Below, one piece after another: positions 52,159-61,610 of a stretch of DNA of 64,000 bases (within the stretch, counting starts at the first letter, position 1; each line of letters starts with the position of its first letter). Source of the DNA: an uncultured Alphaproteobacteria bacterium (GTDB lineage Bacteria > Pseudomonadota > Alphaproteobacteria > SP197); assembly GCA_943787175.1 (NCBI GenBank), contig CALSLK010000021.1, positions 9,482 through 73,481 of the forward strand. The letters run 5' to 3'. Made by a program: the position numbers and the translations under genes. The notes under the pieces were generated by a model. That model was given only the letters and a program-made list of their open reading frames with translations. It did not search any database and was not told the origin of the DNA.

Positions 52159-53334
52159 CTACTCCGCTGCCTGTGCGACAGGCGGCGGACCACCTTCCAG
52201 TGCCTGCATGACCAGCATGTGAAAGTGATGCACGGCGTGTTCGCTGATATGCGTGCGGTCGCGGTCAACGATGAAGCGACCGCGATCATAGCCGCGTGAC
52301 TTCAACCCCTGGTGCACGCTCTCGCACAGCGCAATGTCTTCGGGCTGGAGAACGTCGATGGTGTAATCGATGGCTGACTGCGACTGCTCCGCTCAGCTTC
52401 GCCACCCAAGCGCGTGCCAGTGCAGGTGTTCCAGGCAGCCCTTCAGGGCCGTCCGGCATCATCTGCAGGGTCATCAGGTTGGGCTCGCCCGGCATCAGCC
52501 AGATCGTCAGGTTGGGCCAGACGAAGTACCCGGCGTACCCGAAATCGACGTCGCCCGGCTCGAAAGTCATAGGCCGTATTCTGGTTCGAGTGCGGCATGT
52601 CGGAGGTCTGGGCTGACCAGTACTGATGCGTCTTGTTGCGATAGGTCGGCATCGCCACCAGGTCAACGAAGGCCGGGTGGGCCGGTTCGCAGTGGTAACA
52701 CTCCTGGAAGTTGTCGATCACGACCTTCCAGTTGGCCTTGAGATGAAAGTCGCGCCCGACGGCAAACCCAAGCTGCCCCGCGCGCGGCATCCAGCGCAGG
52801 ATGTCGTCCTCAAGCCCCGCGTACTGCTCGGCAAAGGCCGGCGCATCGGCATCGAGGTTGACGAAGACCAGGCCCAGCATGGTGTCGACCCGGACCTGCT
52901 TGAGGCCGAACTCGGATTTGTCGAAGCCATCCACGTTTTCGCAGCCCCGCGCGGTGCGCAGCTTGCCGTCGAAGTCATAGGCCCAGGCGTGATAGGGGCA
53001 GACCATGGTGAGTTTGAGCTTGCCCTCGCCCGAGAGGATGCGGTGCGCCCGGTGCTGGCAGACGTTGTAGAACGCCCGGACGTTCTCCATCGCGGCCACG
53101 CACCAGCGCAATGCTCTCGTCGGCCAGTTCAACGGTCTTGTAGCTGCCCGGTTCGGCAACCTGGCTTTCGTGGCCGACGAAGATCCACGACTTCGCGAAG
53201 ATGGCGTCCTGCTCCTCGGCATAGATCGCCGGATCCGAATAGTAGCGTGATGCCATCGTGTAGGACTTTGACGGGTCATCATGCAGGCCACCGGGCAACG
53301 GGCCATAGAGCTTTTCAGAACGCATCACGGGCAC
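52159..53334 (-). pseudogene. Rieske [2Fe-2S] oxygenase alpha subunit (GbcA/CntA/Stc2-like), split over at least three frames as assembled
   Basis: N-terminus YYSDPAIYAEEQDAIFAKSWIFVGHESQV, Rieske centre CQHRAHRI...CPYHAW, and C-terminus EDIALCESVHQGLKSRGYDRGRF each lie in a different frame. Confidence 0.7.
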
Positions 53335-53427
53335 TCCTAGGGTTCGCCAACAACGTAGGATTCCAGGGATTTGCGAACAACCGACATTGCTGTGGTCAAA
53401 CCCTTACAAAAACTCAATAATTGAGAA

Positions 53428-54332
53428 ATGTCAGAGCGCCTACCCTCCCTCAACGCCCTGCGTGCCTTCGAGGCCGTTTCCCGTCACGGTTCCATCGCGC
53501 GGGCCGCCGACGCGCTGAACGTGACCGCAGGTGCCGTGAGCCGCATGATCAAGACCCTCGAGGATGACCTGGGCGTACGCCTCCTGGAGCGTGAAGGCCG
53601 TGGCATCGCCCTCACACCAGCCGCTCAGGCCATGGTTCCCAGGCTACAGGCAGGCTTCAATGAGATGCGTGGAGCAATCGCAAGTTTGCGCAAGACAAGC
53701 GGAGAACGCCCGCTCTCGGTCGCCGTCGAGCCTGTATTCGCGTCAGGGTGGCTGGTCTCGCGCCTGGACAGCTTTCGCCAGGTCGCGCCCTCCATCGATG
53801 TCCGGATCGACGCAACCCGTGCGGAACCGAGTCTGTCAGACCGGACAATCGATATCGCAATCGATACGGGTTTGCCGATCATCTCGAAACCGATCAGGTC
53901 AAGCTGATCGACGAGGATATCTTTGCGGTGTGCAGCCCCGAAACCCTCGACCGGCATGGCCCGATCCGTTCCCTGGACGACCTCGCGAACCATACGCTTC
54001 TCCATTACGAAGATGCGCCACAAAGCTGGATGTGGCCGTCCTGGCAGGATTGGCTTGAGGAGCTTGGCGTCACGGGACTCGATGCATCACGCGGCCTGCG
54101 CATGGTGGCCGGTCAGGCAATCATGGAGGCAGCGCGAAGCGGTCAGGGCATTGCCCTGGCCAACACGTCCATCGCAAGGGATGACCTCGCCACTGGTCGT
54201 CTGGTGCAACCCCACCCGGCCAGAATCCAGACAGACGCAGGTTATGTCCTGACTACCCGAAAAGACGACCGGGAGCGGGCCGATATTGCAGCGTTCCGCG
54301 ACTGGCTGGTTGCAGCCATTCGCGTGACCTGA
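53428..54332 (+). CDS. LysR family regulator (GcvA-like), one-base deletion frameshift near 53862
   Basis: HTH LNALRAFEAVSRHGSIARAADALNVTAGAVSR; second frame continues IRYGFADHLETDQVKL...; restoring one C in ATC-CGA joins them. Confidence 0.75.
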
Positions 54333-54435
54333 ACACAACAGGGGCCCGGGATTAATCCCGGACCCCTGCCTGGTGTGTCCTGCGACCGTTCGGAGGCTTG
54401 CGCCTCTTCGTTCGACAGAACCCTGTCAGGAAACC

Positions 54436-54606
54436 TTAGTTGGCGTCGGGGCGCGGACCCGCTCCGTGGCAATATCGTGCCATGTCTGGAATCTGGCAAC
54501 GGTCGATACCCAGATCGTTGAGCTGGCCGTCGGAGAGTCCGTTGAGCTCGCGACGAAGGTTCTTCATCTGCCAGCCGTTGCGGAGCTTGCGAAGGAGTTG
54601 ATTCAT
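54436..54606 (-). CDS. DUF1127 domain-containing small protein
   Basis: 56 aa; RRELNGLSDGQLNDLGIDRCQI, typical DUF1127/YjiS. Confidence 0.7.
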   Translation of the reverse strand: MNQLLRKLRNGWQMKNLRRELNGLSDGQLNDLGIDRCQIPDMARYCHGAGPRPDAN

Positions 54607-54669
54607 AACCGTATTCCTAGTGACGCCTGACGGCCGCACCATATGCGCGACCCTGTGTCAGCCAGATAG

Positions 54670-54694
54670 CGTTGGCGCACGCATTGCGCCAACG
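54670..54694. promoter_or_regulatory. perfect 10-bp inverted repeat CGTTGGCGCA-cgcat-TGCGCCAACG upstream of the DUF1127 gene
   Basis: Seen directly in the sequence, about 65 nt upstream of the DUF1127 start; could be an operator or a 5'-UTR hairpin. Confidence 0.3.
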
Positions 54695-54747
54695 TCATGA
54701 ACGCGGAACACCCATACCGAAACTGCATGGGTGCGGCCACGCATCGG

Positions 54748-56829
54748 TCATGATTTCAAAAGCGTAATCAAGGCGTCCACGGCGGTCACGCCCTTCTGGT
54801 GCACCAGAAGTGGATTGACGTCACATTCCCCGATCAGGTCACCCAGAGCCGCGACCATCTGGGAAAGGTCCGAAATCGTCTGTGACAAGGCCTCGCGATC
54901 CCCGGCAGGGCGCCCACGGACGCCATCCAGAAGGGCTGACGCACGCAGGGTCCGCACCAGGGCATCCGCCTCGTCGGGGGAAACCGGCGGAACGAAGGTG
55001 ACAGCATCATTGAGAACCTCGACCAGCACCCCGCCCATGGCGACAGTCATGACCGGGCCAAAGGTTACATCGTTCTTCATGCCGACCAGCATCTCGATGC
55101 CAGACTGTGCGGTTTCCTGCACCAGGACACGGGGACCAAGGGCTTTCGACATCGTCTGGTAAGCCGCAAGCAACGCCGTCTCATCGCCAAGTCCCAGAAC
55201 GACGCCACCCACATCGGTCTTGTGCAGGACCTTGGGATCCGCCGTCTTGAGCGCCGCGGGATAACCGGTCTCGCGCGCCGCCGCAGCAACCTCTTGGGCG
55301 GACTCGGCAACGATGCTTTGCGTGCACCATCGCTCCGAAATCTGCGATCAGCGCCAGCATGGCCTCGGGCGCAAGGTCTCCGGACGTCAGTCTGGAGCGC
55401 CAGGTCTCCACCAGAGCCTTGTCGAGGTCGCTCTTGTATTCATGGCTTTCCATGCGCCGCTTGTGCCAGGCCAGAAAGTGCCCCATGGCCTTCAGCCCGG
55501 TTTCGGTTCCCATCAGGACGGGAATGCTCCTTCTCACGCAGCCGGGCCGCTTCGCCGGGATCGATCGTCGAGGTCAGGTTGCCCAGCATGACACAGGGTT
55601 TGTCCGTGCTGTCGTGCACGGCTTCCAGCGCCTCGGTCGAGGCAAACAGAATCACGCGGTTCGACACCATGTTGGTGGCAAAGGCCACCAGGCCCACTTC
55701 CGGCGCATCACCCAGAATGCGCGTAATTTTGGGAGTGACGGCAAGGCCGCCCTCCCCCCAATAATCGACGGGGTTTTCCGGATCCAGGCCCGGATCGAGC
55801 ACCTCGGCCAGGGCCGCTCTTGTTCCGGCGCTGAAGTTCGTCAGCAGAACGCCGAAATCAGACGCAAGATCGGTGATCAACTGGCGCTCACCACCGGAAT
55901 CCGTCTGGATACCGACGGAATCGGCTGCCGGCGTACGCCCGCACGACACCAGTTCCAGCGTGTCGAGCATCTCATCGAGCGTGTGGACGCCAATGACGTT
56001 GTGACGGCGGAAGACGGCTTCATAGACCCGGTCATCCCCGGCCAGCGCACCGCTGTGGGAAAGCGCGAACTCCCGCGCCTTGTCGGAACGTCCCAGCTTT
56101 AACCCGACAACAGGGATGCCTCTGGTGTTGGCCGCCTCAATCGCTCCAAGGAACTGCTCACCGTCACGGACGGTCTCGAGCACCATGGCGATCGCCGAGG
56201 TCTCGGGACGTGAGACCAGATACTCGACATAGTCCCCGACACCCGTGGCAAGCTCGAAGCCCATGGAGACGCCGATGCTGAAACGCATCTGGCGCAGATT
56301 GCCGCCCATGCCCGACCAGGTTGAACCACTGTGTGAAAGCAGACCGATGCTTCCCGGGATATCCAGGTTTGGCAGATCCGACATGGAAAGCCGAACGTCA
56401 TCGGCCGTGTTGAAGAAGCCCATGCAGTTTCCGCCACAGACCGCCATGCCCGCTTCCCGCGCGATGGCACCGACCCGCGCGCGCAAGGCAACCCCGTCGT
56501 CCTCCGGCTCATAAAGACGTCCGAGAAGTACCATGCCCTTCACGCCGGCACGGGCGGCATCTTCAACGGCCGCCTCGATCCGGTTGTCGCCTACGGCCAT
56601 CACAGCGCAGTCAGGAGTTTCGGGGATTGCTTCCAGGGACGCAAAGCAGGTGCGCCCCTCGACCTCCTCGTAACCGGGGTTTACGGCAACAAGATCGCCG
56701 GAAAACCGTGGCCCGGCAGCATGGCGGATCACGTTGTTGCCGACCGCGCCAGACCTGGGCGTGGCCCCCCACGATCGCCACGCGTCTGGGCGCCAAAAGC
56801 GCCGTCATTGCCTCTTTGGCCACCGTCAT
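54748..56829 (-). pseudogene. ADP-forming acyl-CoA synthetase (NDP-forming, fused alpha/beta type), split over about four frames as assembled
   Basis: CoA-binding N-terminus MTVAKEAMTALLAPRRVAIVG, ligase-CoA/flavodoxin-like middle (VAVNPGYEEVEG...) and ATP-grasp tail (...DVNPLLV) lie in different frames. Total about 694 codons. Confidence 0.65.
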
Positions 56830-56908
56830 GCTCTACATCCCGGGAAAACTGAACTAGAAGGCAGGCATGGAAGCCATGTGACACCACATGGTCAAGGGCC
56901 AGAAGCGC

Positions 56909-57640
56909 ATGACGGGCACTTTGTTTCTGATCGGCACGCCGATCGGCAATCTCGACGACATCTCCAAGCGGGTTCTCGACACCCTGGGTTCGCTGGATGC
57001 GCTTGGCGTGCGAGGACACCACGACGTACGCGCAAGATCTATGAACACTTTCAGTCTCTCGAGTCCGCGCACCATCTTCTCCTGCAACGACCACAACGAG
57101 GACCGCGCCGTTTCGCGCATGGCTGGGCCTGTTGCGCCAGGGCTTGCGGGTGGGCCTCGCCACCGATGCAGGCATGCCCGGCATCAGCGACCCCGGCTTC
57201 CGCGCCGTCCAGATGGCCGAGGAAGAGGGATTTGCCGTCGAGGTGATCCCCGGCCCCACGGCCGTGGCCTCCGCCCTGGCCGTTTCCGGCCTTTCGGCCG
57301 CCAGCTACACCTTCAAGGGCTTTCCTCCGCGCAAATCCGGCAAGCGCCGCAACTTCCTGGCCGCCGATGCCCACGCCGACCACACCCTGGTGCTGTTTGA
57401 GTCGCCCCACCGCCTGGGCGCGCTCCTGGCCGATGCCCTGGCCGTGCTGGGTGACCGGCGCACGGCGGTCTGCATTGAACTGACCAAGATGTATCAGGAA
57501 ACCGCGCGCGGCTGGCTCTCCGACCTCGCCAACCGCTTTGCCCAGGAAGAGCCCAAGGGCGAAGTCACGGTCGTGATCGCCGGCAACAACCGCAAGTTCA
57601 TGCGCGAAACACCGGTCGAGGACGAAACCGCTCCTGGCTT
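56909..57640 (+). pseudogene. rsmI: 16S rRNA (cytidine1402-2'-O)-methyltransferase RsmI, several frame changes as assembled; 3' end uncertain
   Basis: MTGTLFLIGTPIGNLDDIS, EDTRRTRKIYEHF, NDHNEDRAVSRM and LATDAGMPGISDPG...ELTKMYQE...VTVVIAG lie in three frames. Confidence 0.7.
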
Positions 57641-57651
57641 GAAGACGACGC

Positions 57652-58743
57652 ATGATCAGGACGCTCAAGACCCGCCGCGGCCCCCTGCAGCTCCCGGCCT
57701 TCCTGCCGGACGGCACACGCGCCGTGGTGAAGGGCCTGGACGCGGCCGACCTCGCCCAATGCGGGATCGAGGCCATGATGGTCAACAGCCTCCATCTCGC
57801 CACGCGGCCCGGCACCTCGACCGTCAAGGCGCTGGGCGGCGTGCATGCCTTCATGGGCTGGAAGGGCGTCACGGCCTCGGACTCCGGCGGCTTTCAGGCC
57901 TGGTCCATGGCCGCCTCCGGCGCCGGACTTGGGCAGCGTGACGGACAAGGGTTTTGTCTATCGCCATGAAAAGAATGGCAAAAAGCACCTCCTGACGCCC
58001 GAGAAGTGCATCCGGCGCCAGCTTGAGCTCGATACCGACATCCTGTTCTGTCTGGATCAGTGCACCCATCCCGATGATTCCCCCGAAACCCAGCGTGATA
58101 GCGTGGAACGCAGCCTTGCCTGGGCGCGCCGCTGCCGTGACGAGTTTACGCAGCGCGGGTCGGTGAACCCGGTGACGGGGACGGCACCAACCGCCCCCTC
58201 CTGTTTGCCGTCGTGCAGGGAGGCAACGATCCCGATTTGCGGCGGCGTTGTGCCGATGAACTGGCTGCTATGGGCTTTGACGGTTTCGGCTTTGGCGGCT
58301 GGCCCATCGGTGATGATGGCAAGCTGACCGATATGGTTGCTTTGACGGCTGAATGTCTGCCAACCCAAGCGCCCAAACACGCCCTGGGGATTGGAAAACC
58401 CGACAATCTGGTAGCAGCATGGCGTGCAGGTTACCGCATGTTCGATTGCGCTTTGCCAACTCGGGATGCGCGCAGAAAGCGTTTATTCATTACATCAGAT
58501 ATTTCGTTTAATAGTGCGAATAATAAGAGTTTTTTTGACGTACTTTATATGGAAGATGAACGCCATTCACGCGATAGCGCGCCGCTTGACGGCAGGATTG
58601 ATCCCGATGGTCCCTCACGCGCCTATCTGCATCACCTGTTCAAGGTGAAGGATTCCTCGGCCGAGCGATTGGCAACACGCCAGAACCTCAAATTCTACGC
58701 CTGGATGATTGAGCGCCTGCGCGAGGAAGAGGCTGATGGCTGA
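57652..58743 (+). pseudogene. queuine tRNA-ribosyltransferase (Tgt)-family protein lacking the CxCxxC zinc motif; two frame changes as assembled (about 57935 and 58160-58195, the latter in G/C runs)
   Basis: PAFLPDGT...VKGL...SLHLATRPG, SDSGGFQAW, FCLDQC, VVQGGNDPDLRRRC...GFDGFGFGG, RMFDCALPTRDARR, SRAYLHHL...QNLKFY are all Tgt hallmarks. The zinc-motif position is occupied by an AT-rich in-frame segment. Confidence 0.7.
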
Positions 58744-59539
58744 TCCTCGCGAGACGCTTCTTGCCGGGCTCATGACGTCGTCGAAGTACCGACATTTGGC
58801 TCCCGCAGCCCTGGAACGCACGACCGACTGGGCCCTGGCGCGCCACAGAAAACCTGGCGATGCGCTCAAGGCCGCCAAACGCAAGTTGCACCAGGGATTT
58901 GGCGCCTACTTCGACCCCGGAGCATTGGAGGCCGTGCATCGCTTGCTCGACCAGGCAGATGAGACCACTGACCTTCAGGACCTCTCCACGCGCATCCTGG
59001 CACTCCATAGCTCGAGTGCCGAGCGTTTGCCGGTCATGGACGCGTTTTATACCGCGCTATGGGCTGAAATCGGCACACCTGGGCACATTCTGGACGTTGC
59101 ATCGGGTCTCAACCCCTTCGCGCTTCATGCCATGCATCTACCGCCCGAATGCATCTATACCGCGCTGGAGATCGACAACAGACTGGTCGAAGCCGCCAAC
59201 CGTTTTCTTTTGCTCAGCAACCAGCCAGGCAAGGCAATCTGGGCCGACGTCGTGAGCAGCCTCGATGATTACGATGCCGATGTCGCCCTGGTGCTCAAGA
59301 CCCTGCCTTGCCTTGAGCAGGAACAATCGGGCGCAGCCATTGACCTGCTCAAAGCCCTCGCGGGCACTCCCATCATCGTGGTGAGCTACCCCGTGCGTTC
59401 ACTGGGCGGCCGGGAAAAGGGCATGCGCGAGACCTATCTGGAGCAGATCACCACATTATCGGCACAAATCAGCCGTACCATGACGGTTCTACCCATTGAG
59501 GACGAATTGGTGACAGTCCTGCGGCACGCGCCATTGTGA
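58736..59539 (+). CDS. FmrO-family 16S rRNA (guanine1405-N7)-methyltransferase homologue (RmtB/ArmA-like)
   Basis: Intact 268 aa ORF. Recalled alignment to RmtB: SSKYRHLAP / SKKYRALCP; KRKLHQGFGAY / RTRLHGICGAY; LHSSSAERL / LHASTKERL; ILDVASGLNPFAL / VLDIACGLNPLAL; LVLKTLPCLEQEQSGAAIDLL...VSYPVRSLGGREKGM / LIFKLLPLLEREQAGSAMALL...VSFPTRSLGGRGKGM. Overlaps the Tgt-like stop by 8 nt. Confidence 0.75.
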   Translation: MADPRETLLAGLMTSSKYRHLAPAALERTTDWALARHRKPGDALKAAKRKLHQGFGAYFDPGALEAVHRLLDQADETTDLQDLSTRILALHSSSAERLPVMDAFYTALWAEIGTPGHILDVASGLNPFALHAMHLPPECIYTALEIDNRLVEAANRFLLLSNQPGKAIWADVVSSLDDYDADVALVLKTLPCLEQEQSGAAIDLLKALAGTPIIVVSYPVRSLGGREKGMRETYLEQITTLSAQISRTMTVLPIEDELVTVLRHAPL

Positions 59540-59597
59540 TCGATCCCGGCTTGGCGGTCCTATTGGTGATGTTGCATAATGGCTCCAACAAACTGAA

Positions 59598-60173
59598 ATG
59601 CGGAGAAACACGGTGAAGCGATTCCTTGCAGCAGCATTCGTTCTGGCCCCCGGATTGGCTTTTGCCGACCTTGCCGGTAGCCCATTGGTCATGAATGGCG
59701 ACACCCTACAGTTTGGTGACCAGGAAGTGTCTCTCTACGGCGTTCACGCGCCGATGATTACGCAAACCTGCGGCGAATCCGATGCCGTGTGGTCTTGTGG
59801 CTGGGATGCCGCCATGTATCTCGAAGAGGTCATCGGCGAGGCCGAGGTGGTTTGCACTGATGTCACCGAAATGGATGAAGACCACTACACGGGCCGCTGC
59901 AGCGCCAACGGCGAAGATCTTGCCGGGATCATGGTCGATGCTGGCTTGGCCGTTGCGGATGAGGACATGGGTGAAGATTACGCCTCGCGCACCATGACGG
60001 CCTCCGATGACGGCGTCGGCATGTGGTCGGGCCCGTTCGTGGACCCCGTCGTCTATGCCGAGTACGGCGGCTGCTCCTGCACGGCACGCAAGAAGGCGAT
60101 GATGGATACCGCTGACCTGATCAAATCCATGAACGCGGAAAACGAGGCGACTGCGGGCGAAACGGCTGACTAG
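59598..60173 (+). CDS. secreted thermonuclease (SNase-like) family protein
   Basis: Signal peptide, then an SNase-like pattern (MNGDTLQFGDQEVSLYGVHAP...C..V.E.D.D.Y.RCSANGEDLAGIMVDAGLA). Confidence 0.5.
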   Translation: MRRNTVKRFLAAAFVLAPGLAFADLAGSPLVMNGDTLQFGDQEVSLYGVHAPMITQTCGESDAVWSCGWDAAMYLEEVIGEAEVVCTDVTEMDEDHYTGRCSANGEDLAGIMVDAGLAVADEDMGEDYASRTMTASDDGVGMWSGPFVDPVVYAEYGGCSCTARKKAMMDTADLIKSMNAENEATAGETAD

Positions 60174-60189
60174 CCTGTCAGGCCAACGC

Positions 60190-60960
60190 ATGGATGATTG
60201 GACGCTCGAAAACCGTGTTGCGGTCGTCACTGGTGCGAGCAGCGGCATAGGTGCTGCGACAGCGCAATTGCTGAAGAAGCGCGGCGCTCACGTACTGGCC
60301 ATCGCCCGCAATGCTGAACGTCTTGAAGCCCTGCGCGACAGTTCCGGCGTGGACATTCTGGCACTGGCCCTTGGGTCACCCCGATCCTGCGAAACAGCCA
60401 TGGCCCAGGCACGCAAGGAGGGGCCGGTTGCGATCTTGGTAAATTGCGCCGGGCGGGGCGGCTATCTCGATCGACCAATTTGGGAGCAGACCAGCGAAAA
60501 CTGGCGCGCCACCCAGGAAACCAATCTAGACGTGCCCTTCGAGCTGACCAAACTCGCCGCCCAGGATATTCACCGCCAAGGATGGGGTCGCGTCGTGATG
60601 ATCAGCTCCACGGCAGGCGAAGTTGGCGCGCCTTCCCAACCAGCTTACTGCGCCTCCAAACACGGCATCATCGGCCTGATGCGCGCGACAGCCATGGACC
60701 TTGCGCCACATGGCGGAACCTGCAACGCGGTTCTGCCAGGTTGGGTAAGGACGGAAATGGCGGAACAGGACGCCATTGCTGAAGCCAATACCCGCGACAT
60801 GACCCCCGAAGAGGTCTGGATAGAGCGTGATGCGCAAAGCCCTGCCGGAAGAGTTGCAAGGGCCGAAGAGGTCGCTCAAATGGTCGCCTTTTTAGCCAGC
60901 CCGGCTGCCAGCGCCGTCAACGCACAGACAATCACCGTCTCCATGGGAAGTGTCTGGTAG
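60190..60960 (+). CDS. SDR family oxidoreductase
   Basis: TGASSGIG Rossmann motif; catalytic YxxxK (YCASK). Confidence 0.8.
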   Translation: MDDWTLENRVAVVTGASSGIGAATAQLLKKRGAHVLAIARNAERLEALRDSSGVDILALALGSPRSCETAMAQARKEGPVAILVNCAGRGGYLDRPIWEQTSENWRATQETNLDVPFELTKLAAQDIHRQGWGRVVMISSTAGEVGAPSQPAYCASKHGIIGLMRATAMDLAPHGGTCNAVLPGWVRTEMAEQDAIAEANTRDMTPEEVWIERDAQSPAGRVARAEEVAQMVAFLASPAASAVNAQTITVSMGSVW

Positions 60961-61004
60961 GCTCCAACTCCCAAGACGCGTCATCAATCGAAAGCAGCCT
61001 CGCC

Positions 61005-61598
61005 ATGATCTATCTGGAATTCATCGATTGGAATCGCTCCATTCCAGCCGATATCTTCAGGCTTTTGAGCAAGCAGGATCAATGGGCGTCAGATCAGGAC
61101 CGCAAGGTTATCAACGTTGGTCGGCACAAGGGTATTGGCGGGCATCCCACTTACCTCTCGGGTTGGCAGATCAGGGATTTTGCACGTCTGGATGAATGGG
61201 AAAGCCATTTCAAGAGCGCTGAAGCTGCCATGGATGTCGCGGAAAAGGCGACGTTTCAGGCCATGGATTTCCGCTATTGCGGCCTCTACGACGAACTCAA
61301 GCTGACCGACTTGCCCGATGAAAACCTTCACGTCGTCGAGTATTTCAACCCGGCCCCGGACATGAACAACCAAGAATTCATGAGCGGTTTGGAACAGCGC
61401 GAGTCAATCGAAGAAGCTGGCAAGCTTGCGGTCGCCCTCCGCAGGATAGGCATGTTGGGGCCAGACCCTGCGGCAGTTGTGATTTGGAGTTTTCCTGACT
61501 TCAGCAGCATTGAAGGCTTTGCGCGTCGTCCGCCAGCGGCGGGCCAGAGGCCAGCCAGCACCGGGCTGTTCAAGAACATCGGATTCGAACTGATGTAA
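61005..61598 (+). CDS. hypothetical protein
   Basis: 197 aa ORF with protein-like composition; no family recognised from sequence. Confidence 0.4.
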   Translation: MIYLEFIDWNRSIPADIFRLLSKQDQWASDQDRKVINVGRHKGIGGHPTYLSGWQIRDFARLDEWESHFKSAEAAMDVAEKATFQAMDFRYCGLYDELKLTDLPDENLHVVEYFNPAPDMNNQEFMSGLEQRESIEEAGKLAVALRRIGMLGPDPAAVVIWSFPDFSSIEGFARRPPAAGQRPASTGLFKNIGFELM

Positions 61599-61610
61599 CC
61601 GGCGGCCTGG

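Noticed and set aside
57652-57969. Considered whether the rsmI stop is ATGA-coupled to the Tgt-like start via the +2 frame
   Set aside because: Translating that frame upstream gives an Arg-rich nonsense peptide (RSHGRDRRQQPQVHARNTGRGRNRSWLEDDA). The overlap is coincidental; the true 3' end of rsmI is unresolved because of frame errors.
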